Made by a program: the position numbers and the translations under genes. This document shows positions 42,490 through 50,014 of a stretch of 50,014 bases of DNA, piece after piece. This stretch comes from Candidatus Pacearchaeota archaeon (lineage in GTDB: Archaea > Nanobdellota > Nanobdellia > Pacearchaeales > GW2011-AR1): the NCBI GenBank assembly GCA_016866935.1, contig VGKS01000001.1, forward strand, positions 1-50,014. Reading direction: 5' to 3'. Every line of letters begins with the position of its first letter. Positions within the stretch are counted from its first letter, which is position 1. The notes under the pieces were generated by a model. It had not been told where the DNA came from. It worked only from the letters and a program-made list of their open reading frames with translations, and did not search any database.

Positions 42490-42675
42490 ATGGTGAGTAA
42501 ATGTGTTTATTGCAGATCTGAAATTACTGATGGCAGGGCTGTTGATGTTTGCACTCCTTGTGGTCACGGAATCTGGGGCAAGAAAATGTTCGAAGCTATA
42601 ATAAGTAATATGGGTTCCGCTCGAGATAAAGGGGACCTTTATCAGGGAAGTGTAACCTCTAATAAAGCCCTATAA
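42490..42675 (+). CDS. Small zinc-ribbon protein, function unknown
   Basis: 61 aa with a CxxC..CxxC pattern (CVYC..CTPC). It has its own TATA box and an SD-like motif. Confidence 0.45.
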   Translation: MVSKCVYCRSEITDGRAVDVCTPCGHGIWGKKMFEAIISNMGSARDKGDLYQGSVTSNKAL

Positions 42676-42688
42676 TTCTTACGTAAGC

Positions 42689-42696
42689 TTTTTAAA
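42689..42696 (+). promoter_or_regulatory. TATA box heading the ribosomal protein/RNAP operon
   Basis: TTTTTAAA, with its centre 25.5 nt upstream of ATG 42718. Confidence 0.55.
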
Positions 42697-42717
42697 GGTC
42701 TCTCATCAGGTATTTCT

Positions 42718-42984
42718 ATGTTAACTAATAAGAATATCAGAGCTCGCGGAAAAATATCATTTACAAAATATTTTCAGCAGTTTAACGAAGGAGATAGCGT
42801 AGCTATTGTTAGAGATTTAGCTGTTCAAAGTCCCGGATTTCCTAAAAGGATGCAAGGTAGAACAGGAATTGTAATTGGTAAGAGAGGGGAATCTTACGTT
42901 GTTTCAATAAAGGACTTTACAAAACCCAAAACTTACATTGTTAAACCAGTACATTTAAAGAAAATTGAGGTAACCAATAAATGA
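42718..42984 (+). CDS. rpl21e: 50S ribosomal protein L21e
   Basis: RARGKISFTKYFQQFNEGDSVAI..FPKRMQGRTGIVIGKRGESYVV..VHLKK matches the eL21 pattern. Confidence 0.9.
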   Translation: MLTNKNIRARGKISFTKYFQQFNEGDSVAIVRDLAVQSPGFPKRMQGRTGIVIGKRGESYVVSIKDFTKPKTYIVKPVHLKKIEVTNK

Positions 42985-43280
42985 TATTGAAAATGACTCC
43001 TGTACATTTGGGAGATGTAAAAGAATTAGCCGGAGATTTAGAATCAAAGCCTGAATTAAGAGATTATTTGAAAGAATTTTCTAAATTAGATAAAAAGAAA
43101 GCAGATGCTCTTTTAGAATCTTTAAGAGGACTTGGAAATTTGAAGATGAAAGAAGATTTGATTGTAAAAATAGTTGACTTACTTCCAAAAGATTCAGATT
43201 CCTTGATTAAAATACTGAATGATGTTTCACTTGATGAAAAAGAGATTAACGATATTTTAGCGGTGGTTAAGGAGTACTAA
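42981..43280 (+). CDS. rpoF: DNA-directed RNA polymerase subunit F (Rpo4)-like
   Basis: 99-aa acidic helical protein in the conserved position between L21e and DUF655. It carries the ..IVDLLPKDSDSLIKIL.. motif typical of Rpo4. Confidence 0.6.
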   Translation: MILKMTPVHLGDVKELAGDLESKPELRDYLKEFSKLDKKKADALLESLRGLGNLKMKEDLIVKIVDLLPKDSDSLIKILNDVSLDEKEINDILAVVKEY

Positions 43281-43282
43281 AC

Positions 43283-43822
43283 ATGATGAAGAAAGACGAT
43301 TATGCTTTAGTATTAGATTATCTTGCAAACGGTTATCCTATGGCTGGAAATATGAGACCAGTTGTTCAAGCAATAGGAACTCAACACCTTGCATTACTTG
43401 AATTAGCGCCTGTTAGAGGAGCACAAATTTCAGTTAAAGAAAAGGTTTATATAGGTCCGGAAAAGAGAGACAAGATATATTACATTATCGGTAGATTACG
43501 TATCGATAAGTTAACAGAAAGCGCTAAGATCCAATTACAAGAGTTCATTGAAACTTATGTTGGGGAGCATGAACAAGAATTTGTAAAATTCTTTAATTCT
43601 GCTCAAGCAATCAACACAAGACTTCACCAACTTGAACTTCTTCCTGGATTTGGTCGCAAACACACACAAGAATTGCTTAATGTCAGAAGCGAAAAAACTT
43701 TTGAGTCTTTCGATGAGATAAGACAAAGAGTGAAAAGCGCTCCTGATCCTAAGAAAGCTATAGAAAAAAGAATTCTTGAAGAGTTAACTGAAAACCCAAG
43801 ACAAAGGTTATTCGTAATGTAA
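43283..43822 (+). CDS. DUF655/COG1491 nucleic-acid-binding protein (OB fold plus HhH)
   Basis: DYALVLDYLANGYP.. N-terminus and C-terminal LELLPGFGRKHTQELL (HhH). It sits in the conserved neighbourhood after rpoF. Confidence 0.7.
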   Translation: MMKKDDYALVLDYLANGYPMAGNMRPVVQAIGTQHLALLELAPVRGAQISVKEKVYIGPEKRDKIYYIIGRLRIDKLTESAKIQLQEFIETYVGEHEQEFVKFFNSAQAINTRLHQLELLPGFGRKHTQELLNVRSEKTFESFDEIRQRVKSAPDPKKAIEKRILEELTENPRQRLFVM

Positions 43823-43826
43823 ACAA

Positions 43827-44345
43827 ATGGCAGAAGAAAAAATAACAAAAGAAGCACCGAAGAAAGAACCTAAGTTGGACTATAAGTTGAAACAGCAGAA
43901 AGAAGAAGAATTTTTAGAGTCGCTTGTTAGAATCCATGGAAAAGATATTCCTGGAAACAAAAAGATATACACTGGATTGACTTACATAAAGGGGATATCT
44001 TGGTCAATTTCAAATGCTATATGCAAGCTATTGAAATTGAATAAAAGTACAAAGATTTCTGAACTTTCCAAGAAACAGATTGATGAAATAGAGTTATTCT
44101 TGCAGAAGCCAAACTTCTACGAATACATGAAAAACAGACAAAGAGATTATGATACCGGGGAATCTAAGCATTTATTCACAAACGAACTTGATATGGTAAA
44201 GGACTTTGACATAAAGAGAATGAGGCAAATAAAAAGTTACAAAGGTATGCGTCATGCTCTTAAACAACCAGTTAGAGGGCAGAGAACAAGAAGCCACTTT
44301 AGAACAACTGGTGTATCTGTGGGGGTAAAGAAGAAAGCCAAATGA
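43827..44345 (+). CDS. rps13: 30S ribosomal protein S13 (uS13)
   Basis: VRIHGKDIPGNKKIYTGLTYIKGI and ..GMRHALKQPVRGQRTRSHFR motifs, with a K/E-rich N-terminal extension of about 28 aa. Confidence 0.9.
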   Translation: MAEEKITKEAPKKEPKLDYKLKQQKEEEFLESLVRIHGKDIPGNKKIYTGLTYIKGISWSISNAICKLLKLNKSTKISELSKKQIDEIELFLQKPNFYEYMKNRQRDYDTGESKHLFTNELDMVKDFDIKRMRQIKSYKGMRHALKQPVRGQRTRSHFRTTGVSVGVKKKAK

Positions 44346-44818
44346 TCCGTAAAAAAAATAAGTTCTCTTGGCCAAGAAAGCTTTACGATAAGACTAGAAT
44401 AAGTGACGAAAATAAACTTGTTGAAGAATATGGTTTGAAAAATAAAAGAGAAATATGGAAAGCTGAAGCTAAAATTAAATATTTCAGAGACAGAGCTAAG
44501 TTTTTAATTACAGAATCAACTCAGGAACAAGAGCAATTCTTTGCTAAGCTTAGAAGCATTGGATTAAGCGTTAAAACTGTTGCAGATGTACTTGCATTAA
44601 ACAAAGAAGATTTGCTTAAGAGAAGACTTGCTACTGTTGTTTGGAAGAAAGGATTAGCTAATACTGCGAGACAAGCAAGACAATTCATAGTTCACAAACA
44701 AGTTTTTGTTGAAGGAAAAGCAGTTGACGTTCCCTCGTATATTGTTCCAACAGAGCTTGAATCAAACATTACATTAAAAGCTAAATCTATCAAAGTAGCT
44801 AAGGAGAAAACAGAATGA
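44342..44818 (+). CDS. rps4: 30S ribosomal protein S4 (uS4)
   Basis: ..EEYGLKNKREIWKAE.. and the S4 RNA-binding domain ..RRLATVVWKKGLANTARQARQFIVHKQVFVEGK. ATGA overlaps on both sides. Confidence 0.9.
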   Translation: MIRKKNKFSWPRKLYDKTRISDENKLVEEYGLKNKREIWKAEAKIKYFRDRAKFLITESTQEQEQFFAKLRSIGLSVKTVADVLALNKEDLLKRRLATVVWKKGLANTARQARQFIVHKQVFVEGKAVDVPSYIVPTELESNITLKAKSIKVAKEKTE

Positions 44819-45318
44819 AGAAAAATGTTGAAACAAAAGAGGTAAAGGGACAAAAAATGGAAGAAGTTAAAGAAATTGAAAACACTGAAGAAGCTCAAGA
44901 AGAAACTGATGTTGTTGAAACAAAAGAGAAGGAAGAAAAAGTTGAAGTTGTTCCTGGCATAGCTTACGTATTTGGAAGTTATAACAATACAATTGTACAT
45001 ATTACAGACTTATCCGGAAGCACAATTACAAGAATAAGTGGTGGAATGGTTACAAAACACTCTCGTCTTAAGGCTAACCCTACAACTGCTATGTTCGTTG
45101 CTAAAAGAGCTGCAGAATTCGCTCGTGACGCTGGAATAAATGCTTTGTACATAAGAACACGTGGAAAGACGAATTCTCCTGGAATTGGTCCTGGTGCACA
45201 TGCCGCAGTTAAAACATTAAGCAAGGAAGGATTCAAGATACTTGGAGTCCTAGATACTCATAGAGTTCCTAGAGGCGGACCTAAGAAGAAAGGAGGTAAG
45301 AGAGGAAGAAGGGTTTAA
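44815..45318 (+). CDS. rps11: 30S ribosomal protein S11 (uS11)
   Basis: GIAYVFGSYNNTIVHITD and ..RTRGKTNSPGIGPGAHAAVKTL.. motifs, preceded by an E/K-rich extension of about 47 aa. Confidence 0.9.
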   Translation: MKKNVETKEVKGQKMEEVKEIENTEEAQEETDVVETKEKEEKVEVVPGIAYVFGSYNNTIVHITDLSGSTITRISGGMVTKHSRLKANPTTAMFVAKRAAEFARDAGINALYIRTRGKTNSPGIGPGAHAAVKTLSKEGFKILGVLDTHRVPRGGPKKKGGKRGRRV

Positions 45319-45325
45319 TGCATAA

Positions 45326-45333
45326 TTTAAAAA
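45326..45333 (+). promoter_or_regulatory. Internal TATA box upstream of rpoD
   Basis: TTTAAAAA, with its centre 25.5 nt upstream of ATG 45355. Confidence 0.45.
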
Positions 45334-45354
45334 GCCAACTTTCAAATAAATAAC

Positions 45355-46053
45355 ATGGAAATCGTTTCAAAAACACCCGAAAGAATAATCATTAGAACGG
45401 ATATGAATTATTCAATACTTAATGCTATTAGAAGAAGCGTTGAAGAAGTTCCTACTCTTGCTATTGATGAAGTTGAAATATTCAAGAATGACTCTGCGTT
45501 ATATGATGAAGTTCTGGCTCATAGAATAGGTCTTGTTCCGATAAAGAATGATGGAAAAGTAACCTCAAAGACAACAGGATCTTTATCTTTGAAAAAGACA
45601 GGTCCTTGCACAGTTTATTCAGGAGATTTCAAGGGAGATTTGAAAGTTGTTTACAATTCAATTCCATTGACGATATTGGAGAAGGATCAAGAAATAGAAA
45701 TTGTTGCTCACGCTAGTGTTGCATCTGGAATAGAACACACAAAGCATGTTCCTGGATTAATATACTACAGAAACTTGTTTGAAGTAAAAACAGGTAATGT
45801 AAAAATAGATTCAATTGTTCAAGAACGCTCTGGGGCAATAAAAAATGAGAAGAAAGGAAATAAGTGGATTTGCGATCTTAATGATAACCAAGTTGATGAA
45901 ATAAAGAAAATAGACAAGGACTCAATTTCCGATAGCAAAGAATTTATTTTATTTATAGAATCATTCGGAATGATTGAGGCTGATAAAATATGGACGCGAG
46001 CAATTGAAACATTACAGGAAAATTTAGAAGCTTTTGAAAAATCTTTGAAGTAA
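45355..46053 (+). CDS. rpoD: DNA-directed RNA polymerase subunit D (Rpo3)
   Basis: ..NAIRRSVEEVPTLAIDEVEIFKNDSALYDEVLAHRIGLVP.. is the dimerisation-domain signature. It lies in the conserved position after S11. No Cys cluster for an Fe-S domain is present. Confidence 0.85.
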   Translation: MEIVSKTPERIIIRTDMNYSILNAIRRSVEEVPTLAIDEVEIFKNDSALYDEVLAHRIGLVPIKNDGKVTSKTTGSLSLKKTGPCTVYSGDFKGDLKVVYNSIPLTILEKDQEIEIVAHASVASGIEHTKHVPGLIYYRNLFEVKTGNVKIDSIVQERSGAIKNEKKGNKWICDLNDNQVDEIKKIDKDSISDSKEFILFIESFGMIEADKIWTRAIETLQENLEAFEKSLK

Positions 46054-46054
46054 A

Positions 46055-46423
46055 ATGATAAGCAACACATCTATATCGAAAAGAATTCCAAGAAAAATGG
46101 ACTCATATATAGTTGATACTATTTTTGCTGCCAAGAAATCAAAGAAATGGAATAAAGTTGCACAAATTGTTTCTGGCGGGAGAAGAAGATATTCAAACAT
46201 TAACATAACTAGAATAGAAAAAGAAGCAAATGATGGAGATGTTATAGTTGTTCCAGGCAAGGTTCTAGGAAATGGAAATATAACTAAAAAAATAAAAATT
46301 TGCGCATTATATTTTTCAGAATCAGCCCATCAGAAAATAAAACAAGGAAAAGCTGAAGCAATAAAACTAGTTGATGAAATAAAGAAAAATCCAGAAGCAC
46401 AAGGAGTGAAAATATTAATATGA
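46055..46423 (+). CDS. rpl18e: 50S ribosomal protein L18e (eL18)
   Basis: ..WNKVAQIVSGGRRRYSNINI..DVIVVPGKVLGNG.. motifs, in the conserved position after rpoD. Confidence 0.8.
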   Translation: MISNTSISKRIPRKMDSYIVDTIFAAKKSKKWNKVAQIVSGGRRRYSNINITRIEKEANDGDVIVVPGKVLGNGNITKKIKICALYFSESAHQKIKQGKAEAIKLVDEIKKNPEAQGVKILI

Positions 46424-46824
46424 ATAGGATAGTAATTGATGGAAACAACGCAATTTTGGGAAGACTTGCTAGTTTCGCAGCTAAGCAAGCATTGCTTGGA
46501 AAAGAAGTTTCAGTAGTTAATTGCGAAAAAGTAGTTGTATCCGGAAGTAGAAAAATAATAGTTGCAAAATATCATTCATTAAGAACTAAAGGTGGATCTT
46601 CGTTGAAAGGACCTAAATTTCCTTCAGTACCATATATGATTGTAAAAAGGACCATAAGAGGAATGCTTTCTCACAAACAAGGAAGAGGGGCAGATGCTTT
46701 TGATAAAATAAGATGTTATGACGGAGTCCCTAAGGAACTTTTAGAATCTAAAAAAGAAATTGTTGCTCAATCAACAGGAATGATTTCATTGACTTTAGCA
46801 GAAATAAGCGAGGAATTAAGATGA
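46420..46824 (+). CDS. rpl13: 50S ribosomal protein L13 (uL13)
   Basis: VIDGNNAILGRLASFAAKQALLGKEVSVVNCEKVVVSG and ..TIRGMLSHKQGRG.. motifs. Confidence 0.9.
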   Translation: MNRIVIDGNNAILGRLASFAAKQALLGKEVSVVNCEKVVVSGSRKIIVAKYHSLRTKGGSSLKGPKFPSVPYMIVKRTIRGMLSHKQGRGADAFDKIRCYDGVPKELLESKKEIVAQSTGMISLTLAEISEELR

Positions 46825-47225
46825 AAGCATTAATTAGAACGGCTGGAAAGAGAAAAACATCAGTGGCTAAAATAAAGTTAACGGAAGGGAATGGAAAAGT
46901 CCATTATAACAATGGAATAATAGAAAACATGAAAATGTTTCACAAACTTTCACTGCTTGAACCAATAAGAATGTATGAATCTACAGTTGGTAAGATGCCT
47001 TATGACATTTATTTGAAGGTTGTTGGTGGTGGAAAGGAGTCTCAGATTCAAGCAGCAAGACTTGCAATTGCAAAATCTTTAGTTGCCGTTTCAAAAAGCT
47101 CTGAACTAAAAGAAGCTTATTTGAAATATGATAGACATATGCTTGTTGCTGATGTAAGAAGAAAAGAACAAAGAAAGCCTGGAGACTCAAAAGCTAGAGC
47201 TAAGAGGCAGAAGTCTTATCGTTAA
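46821..47225 (+). CDS. rps9: 30S ribosomal protein S9 (uS9)
   Basis: GKRKTSVAKIKL.EGNGKV..N and a C-terminal ..DVRRKEQRKPGDSKARAKRQKSYR. Confidence 0.9.
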   Translation: MKALIRTAGKRKTSVAKIKLTEGNGKVHYNNGIIENMKMFHKLSLLEPIRMYESTVGKMPYDIYLKVVGGGKESQIQAARLAIAKSLVAVSKSSELKEAYLKYDRHMLVADVRRKEQRKPGDSKARAKRQKSYR

Positions 47226-47229
47226 AAAT

Positions 47230-47547
47230 ATGGTTAAAAAACAAAAAAATAAAGAGATGAAAGCTAAATCAGTTAGATTTAGCCAAAGAAAAGAAAGTTG
47301 GATGAGAATTATTGTTCTAATTGTTACTGGAATAATATTAGTATTATGGAGATATTTGATTGGCGCTTTCATAATAATTAACTTTGTTTATTCCATATTT
47401 TCAGGTAAAAGGCTTAGAGAATTAGCTGAATTAAGCGAAATATGGAACACTCAATGGTATCTATTCCAGAAGTATATGACTTTCGTGACAAATACAAGGC
47501 CATTTCCATTTACATCTCTTGCAAAGAACATCAGTAAATACGAGTAA
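47230..47547 (+). CDS. Small membrane protein, DUF4389-like
   Basis: Two TM helices followed by ..SGKRLRELAELSEIWNTQWYLFQKYMTFVTNTRPFPF, resembling the DUF4389 pattern as I recall it. Low certainty. Confidence 0.4.
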   Translation: MVKKQKNKEMKAKSVRFSQRKESWMRIIVLIVTGIILVLWRYLIGAFIIINFVYSIFSGKRLRELAELSEIWNTQWYLFQKYMTFVTNTRPFPFTSLAKNISKYE

Positions 47548-47563
47548 TCTTCCTTACAAAACC

Positions 47564-47570
47564 TTTTAAA
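47564..47570 (+). promoter_or_regulatory. Possible TATA box upstream of xerA
   Basis: TTTTAAA, with its centre 28 nt upstream of ATG 47595. An AGGAGGT motif at 47572-47578 could instead serve TTG 47589 on a read-through transcript. Confidence 0.35.
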
Positions 47571-47594
47571 CAGGAGGTATATTTTATCTTGGAG

Positions 47595-48425
47595 ATGGTG
47601 ATGGACGCTTTAGGTAAATTACACACAGAATTGAAACTTAGAGGATTTTCTCCTTTGACAGTTAGAAATTACTCATTCTTTGTGGACAAATTTCTGAAAC
47701 AAACTAATAAGCCAGTAGAACAGCTTAATCAAGAAGATGTAAGGACCTATTTAGCTGCAATGTTTGACGATAAAAGCAAAAATACAATTATGCTTGCTGC
47801 AGCTGCTCTAAAATTCTTTTTTGTGGAGATATTAAAGAAGGAAGTAGGAGAAATTAAAATGCCAAAGAAAGATAAGAAACTTCCGGAAGTTTTGACAAGA
47901 GATGAAGTATCAAAATTATTAAAATCTGCTGAAACTCGTAAGTCTAGATTGATTATTTCCCTTCTCTACTCTTCAGGCTTACGTGTATCTGAATTAGTTA
48001 ATCTAAAACCTCAAGATTTGAATTTTGCTGAAAATACTGGATGGGTAAGAGGAGGTAAAGGAAGTAAAGATAGGATGTTTACTGTATCTCCAGGTCTAGC
48101 TAATGAATTACATGAATATTTGAAGAAAAGAAATGGAGCAAAATATCTTTTCTCTCAAGATGAACCTTTAACAACAAGAAACGTTCAGAAAATTGTTAAA
48201 CACCTACGCCACAGAGCAGACATCCAGAAAAAAATTACTCCACACACATTAAGACACAGCTTTGCAACTCATTTGCTTGAGTCAGGAACAGATATCAGAA
48301 TGATTCAGGCATTACTTGGACATAGTTCTCTGAATACAACCCAACTTTATACTCACATTTCAAGTGAACAGATAAAAAAAATACAAAATCCTCTTGATAG
48401 TCTGATGAACAATAAGATACAATAA
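47595..48425 (+). CDS. xerA: Tyrosine recombinase XerA (XerC/D-like)
   Basis: N-terminal SAM-like core-binding domain (..LRGFSPLTVRNYSFFV..). Catalytic region ..SGLRVSEL.., HTLRHSFATHLLESGTDIRMIQALLGHSSLNTTQLYTH. The start is ambiguous (TTG 47589, ATG 47595 or ATG 47601). Confidence 0.85.
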   Translation: MVMDALGKLHTELKLRGFSPLTVRNYSFFVDKFLKQTNKPVEQLNQEDVRTYLAAMFDDKSKNTIMLAAAALKFFFVEILKKEVGEIKMPKKDKKLPEVLTRDEVSKLLKSAETRKSRLIISLLYSSGLRVSELVNLKPQDLNFAENTGWVRGGKGSKDRMFTVSPGLANELHEYLKKRNGAKYLFSQDEPLTTRNVQKIVKHLRHRADIQKKITPHTLRHSFATHLLESGTDIRMIQALLGHSSLNTTQLYTHISSEQIKKIQNPLDSLMNNKIQ

Positions 48426-48430
48426 TTAAG

Positions 48431-48438
48431 TTTATAAT
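48431..48438 (+). promoter_or_regulatory. TATA box of GT2 gene 48460-49335
   Basis: TTTATAAT, with its centre 25.5 nt upstream of ATG 48460. Confidence 0.5.
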
Positions 48439-48459
48439 GCGATTTATTCTCGGTAAAAT

Positions 48460-49335
48460 ATGGAAACTACTGTGATTATTACTTCATTTAAAGAACCTAA
48501 AACTATAGGCAGGGCCATTGAAGCATTTCAGAAACAAAAAACTAAAAAGAAATTTGATATTTTAGTTTCTGCTCCTGATAAAGAAACGCTAGATGTTGCT
48601 AAAAAGTACGACGTGAAAATATTCAAGGATCCTGGAAAGGGAAAAATGTTTGCTTTGAATATTTTATTCAAAAAGGTAAAATCTGATATATTAATACTTA
48701 CAGATGGAGATGTTTATGTTAATGATAAGGCAATAGAAGAAATATTAAATTTATTTGAAAACCCGAATATTGGTTGTGTTACAGGGAGGCCTGTTCCAAT
48801 AGAAAACAGAAAAACAAAGTATGGATATTGGGCTAATTTCCTATTTGATGCTGCTCACAAAATACGTCAAAAAGCATTCAAAAACAAGAAATTTATTGAA
48901 TGCTCTGGATATTTATTTGCATTTAGAAAAGATCAGATAAAAAAAATACCTCTTGACGTTGCAGAAGACAGCATAATACCTTTCTTCTTTGCCCATAGAG
49001 GGTATTTAATTGGATACGCAAGTAAGGCAGAAGTTTACGTAAAAAATGTAAATAATTGGAAAGACTGGGTAAAACAAAAGATAAGGACAAGCAAAGCTCA
49101 TGAAACTCTTGAAAAATATATCAACACTAGAAAAATAAGAAGAGTTAAAACTTTTTCAACTGAAAGCAAGGGAATATTTTCTCTTTTTGTATATCCCAGA
49201 ACTCCAAAACAAGTATTGTGGAGTATTGAACTAGCATTTGCAAGATTGTACATGTGGGCACGCACATTCTGGGATACAAAAGCTAAATCAAAACATTACG
49301 GCGATAATTGGGAAAGAGTAGATTCTACGAAGTAA
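48460..49335 (+). CDS. Glycosyltransferase family 2
   Basis: TTVIITSFKEPKTIGRAIEAF, LTDGDVYV (DxD) and CSGYLFAFRK motifs. Confidence 0.75.
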   Translation: METTVIITSFKEPKTIGRAIEAFQKQKTKKKFDILVSAPDKETLDVAKKYDVKIFKDPGKGKMFALNILFKKVKSDILILTDGDVYVNDKAIEEILNLFENPNIGCVTGRPVPIENRKTKYGYWANFLFDAAHKIRQKAFKNKKFIECSGYLFAFRKDQIKKIPLDVAEDSIIPFFFAHRGYLIGYASKAEVYVKNVNNWKDWVKQKIRTSKAHETLEKYINTRKIRRVKTFSTESKGIFSLFVYPRTPKQVLWSIELAFARLYMWARTFWDTKAKSKHYGDNWERVDSTK

Positions 49336-49468
49336 TTAGCCGAAAAATCCTGTTATATAAACCGAACTTCTTAGCATTGCTTAAAGATTTAATCACAAAC
49401 TAAAAGATTAAGCAAGAATTAGCCGAACTCATTTAGTGTGCTGGAAGTTTTAAGCGTTGATTGAATGT

Positions 49469-49795
49469 TTAATTATGTCCTAAATAAACTATTTTGTAAG
49501 AATCTGCATCTGAGGTATGAGGATCTACTCTTACTATGTCTCCAGGCACTAAATCTCTTAGGTTTACTTTTCCCTTAGGCAAGGTCACTAAACCTTCATC
49601 TCCGCGAGATTCTGAAGCTGCTGAAAATAAATCAGGTCTTCCATGAGGACGTTGCCCCAATAAATGATACCTGTTATCTCTTTTGTACCTTCCTATAAAG
49701 AAATCAGTCGTTGGTTCCCTATTATTTTCTCCTTTAACATGAGGTCTGCCTCTTACTTCATGATAGCCTCCATTTCCTTTGTCATCTAGTACCAT
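49469..49795 (-). CDS. Hypothetical protein (G/R/P/D-rich, no recognisable family)
   Basis: Intact 108-aa ORF. A TATA-like TTAAAAA (49817-49823) has its centre 25 nt upstream of start 49795. The composition is unlike neighbouring K/I/N-rich proteins. Confidence 0.5.
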   Translation of the reverse strand: MVLDDKGNGGYHEVRGRPHVKGENNREPTTDFFIGRYKRDNRYHLLGQRPHGRPDLFSAASESRGDEGLVTLPKGKVNLRDLVPGDIVRVDPHTSDADSYKIVYLGHN

Positions 49796-49911
49796 ACTCT
49801 AATGATTTTATCCATCTTTTTAAGGATTATTGTGATTTGATAAGATAAGTTCGTTTTAATGAGGTTTTAGGCACCGCCGAGTTCTCTTAATGTATCTTGT
49901 ACGAACTATTG

Positions 49912-50013
49912 CTAAGAATTGCTTAAAATACCATCTAAATCTCTTTTTTCTACTTTAGCAGATCTTTTACATAATTCCCTTATAGCTTCAAACCCTTCAA
50001 AGTTAACACCTTT
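49912..50013 (-). CDS. Possible 3' end of a CDS that continues beyond the window
   Basis: The minus-strand frame is open from the window edge to TAG at 49912-49914 (..KGVNFEGFEAIRELCKRSAKVEKRDLDGILSNS*). Only 33 codons are visible and no family can be called. Confidence 0.25.
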   Translation of the reverse strand, partial: KGVNFEGFEAIRELCKRSAKVEKRDLDGILSNS

Positions 50014-50014
50014 T

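Noticed and set aside
47595-48425. Considered whether the tyrosine recombinase marks an integrated mobile element.
   Set aside because: The sequence and size fit the chromosomal XerA (dif-resolvase) type. The neighbours are housekeeping and glycan genes, and no flanking direct repeats or tRNA target were found next to it.
1-50014. Looked for evidence of stop-codon reassignment or programmed frameshifts, meaning conserved genes interrupted by in-frame stops.
   Set aside because: All conserved genes (r-proteins, RNAP subunits, SecDF, ABC, AraD, carbamoyltransferase) are intact under the standard code, and no split domains were seen.

Overview
The window is an AT-rich (about 30% G+C from hand counts), very gene-dense archaeal chromosome segment. 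Archaeal markers are ribosomal proteins L21e and L18e, RNA polymerase subunits D, N and F, XerA, SecDF, and TATA boxes about 25 nt upstream of start codons. The compactness and composition suggest a small-genome, DPANN-like archaeon, but that is inference only. Nt 1-31100 form one very large surface-glycan biosynthesis and modification region. It holds 7 GT2 genes (an 8th lies at 48.5 kb), a GT4, a CgeB-like GT, 3 polytopic GT-C-like membrane proteins, a Wzx-like flippase, a carbamoyltransferase, 4 methyltransferases, 2 SDR epimerases and several nucleotidyltransferases. Nt 31100-36240 hold an LhgO-like FAD oxidoreductase, small membrane proteins, a tRNA-Gly/secF/secD unit and a methyltransferase. 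Nt 36238-36750 are an RNA island with two perfect 83-bp tandem repeats that each carry the 3' terminal 13 nt of tRNA-Arg, followed by tRNA-Arg, tRNA-Leu and a divergent orphan 5S rRNA. Nt 37180-42400 hold rpoN and a MacB-type ABC transporter bracketed by two paralogous anchored beta-sandwich proteins. Nt 42490-47225 hold the L21e-RpoF-DUF655-S13-S4-S11-RpoD-L18e-L13-S9 cluster, followed by XerA, a GT2 and a small orphan ORF. The most unusual items are four. First, a translationally coupled operon (12007-18034) combines a bacterial-type AraD, an 832-aa GtrA/RPE-like/nucleotidyltransferase/histidine-phosphatase fusion, a 2H phosphoesterase, an NTP-transferase and a GT2. Second, a nucleotidyltransferase-CBS-GHMP kinase fusion. 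Third, the tRNA-Arg 3'-end tandem repeats. Fourth, single symmetric TATA boxes sit exactly midway in 50-53 nt divergent intergenic regions. All family calls come from motif recognition by eye. No database search was possible.
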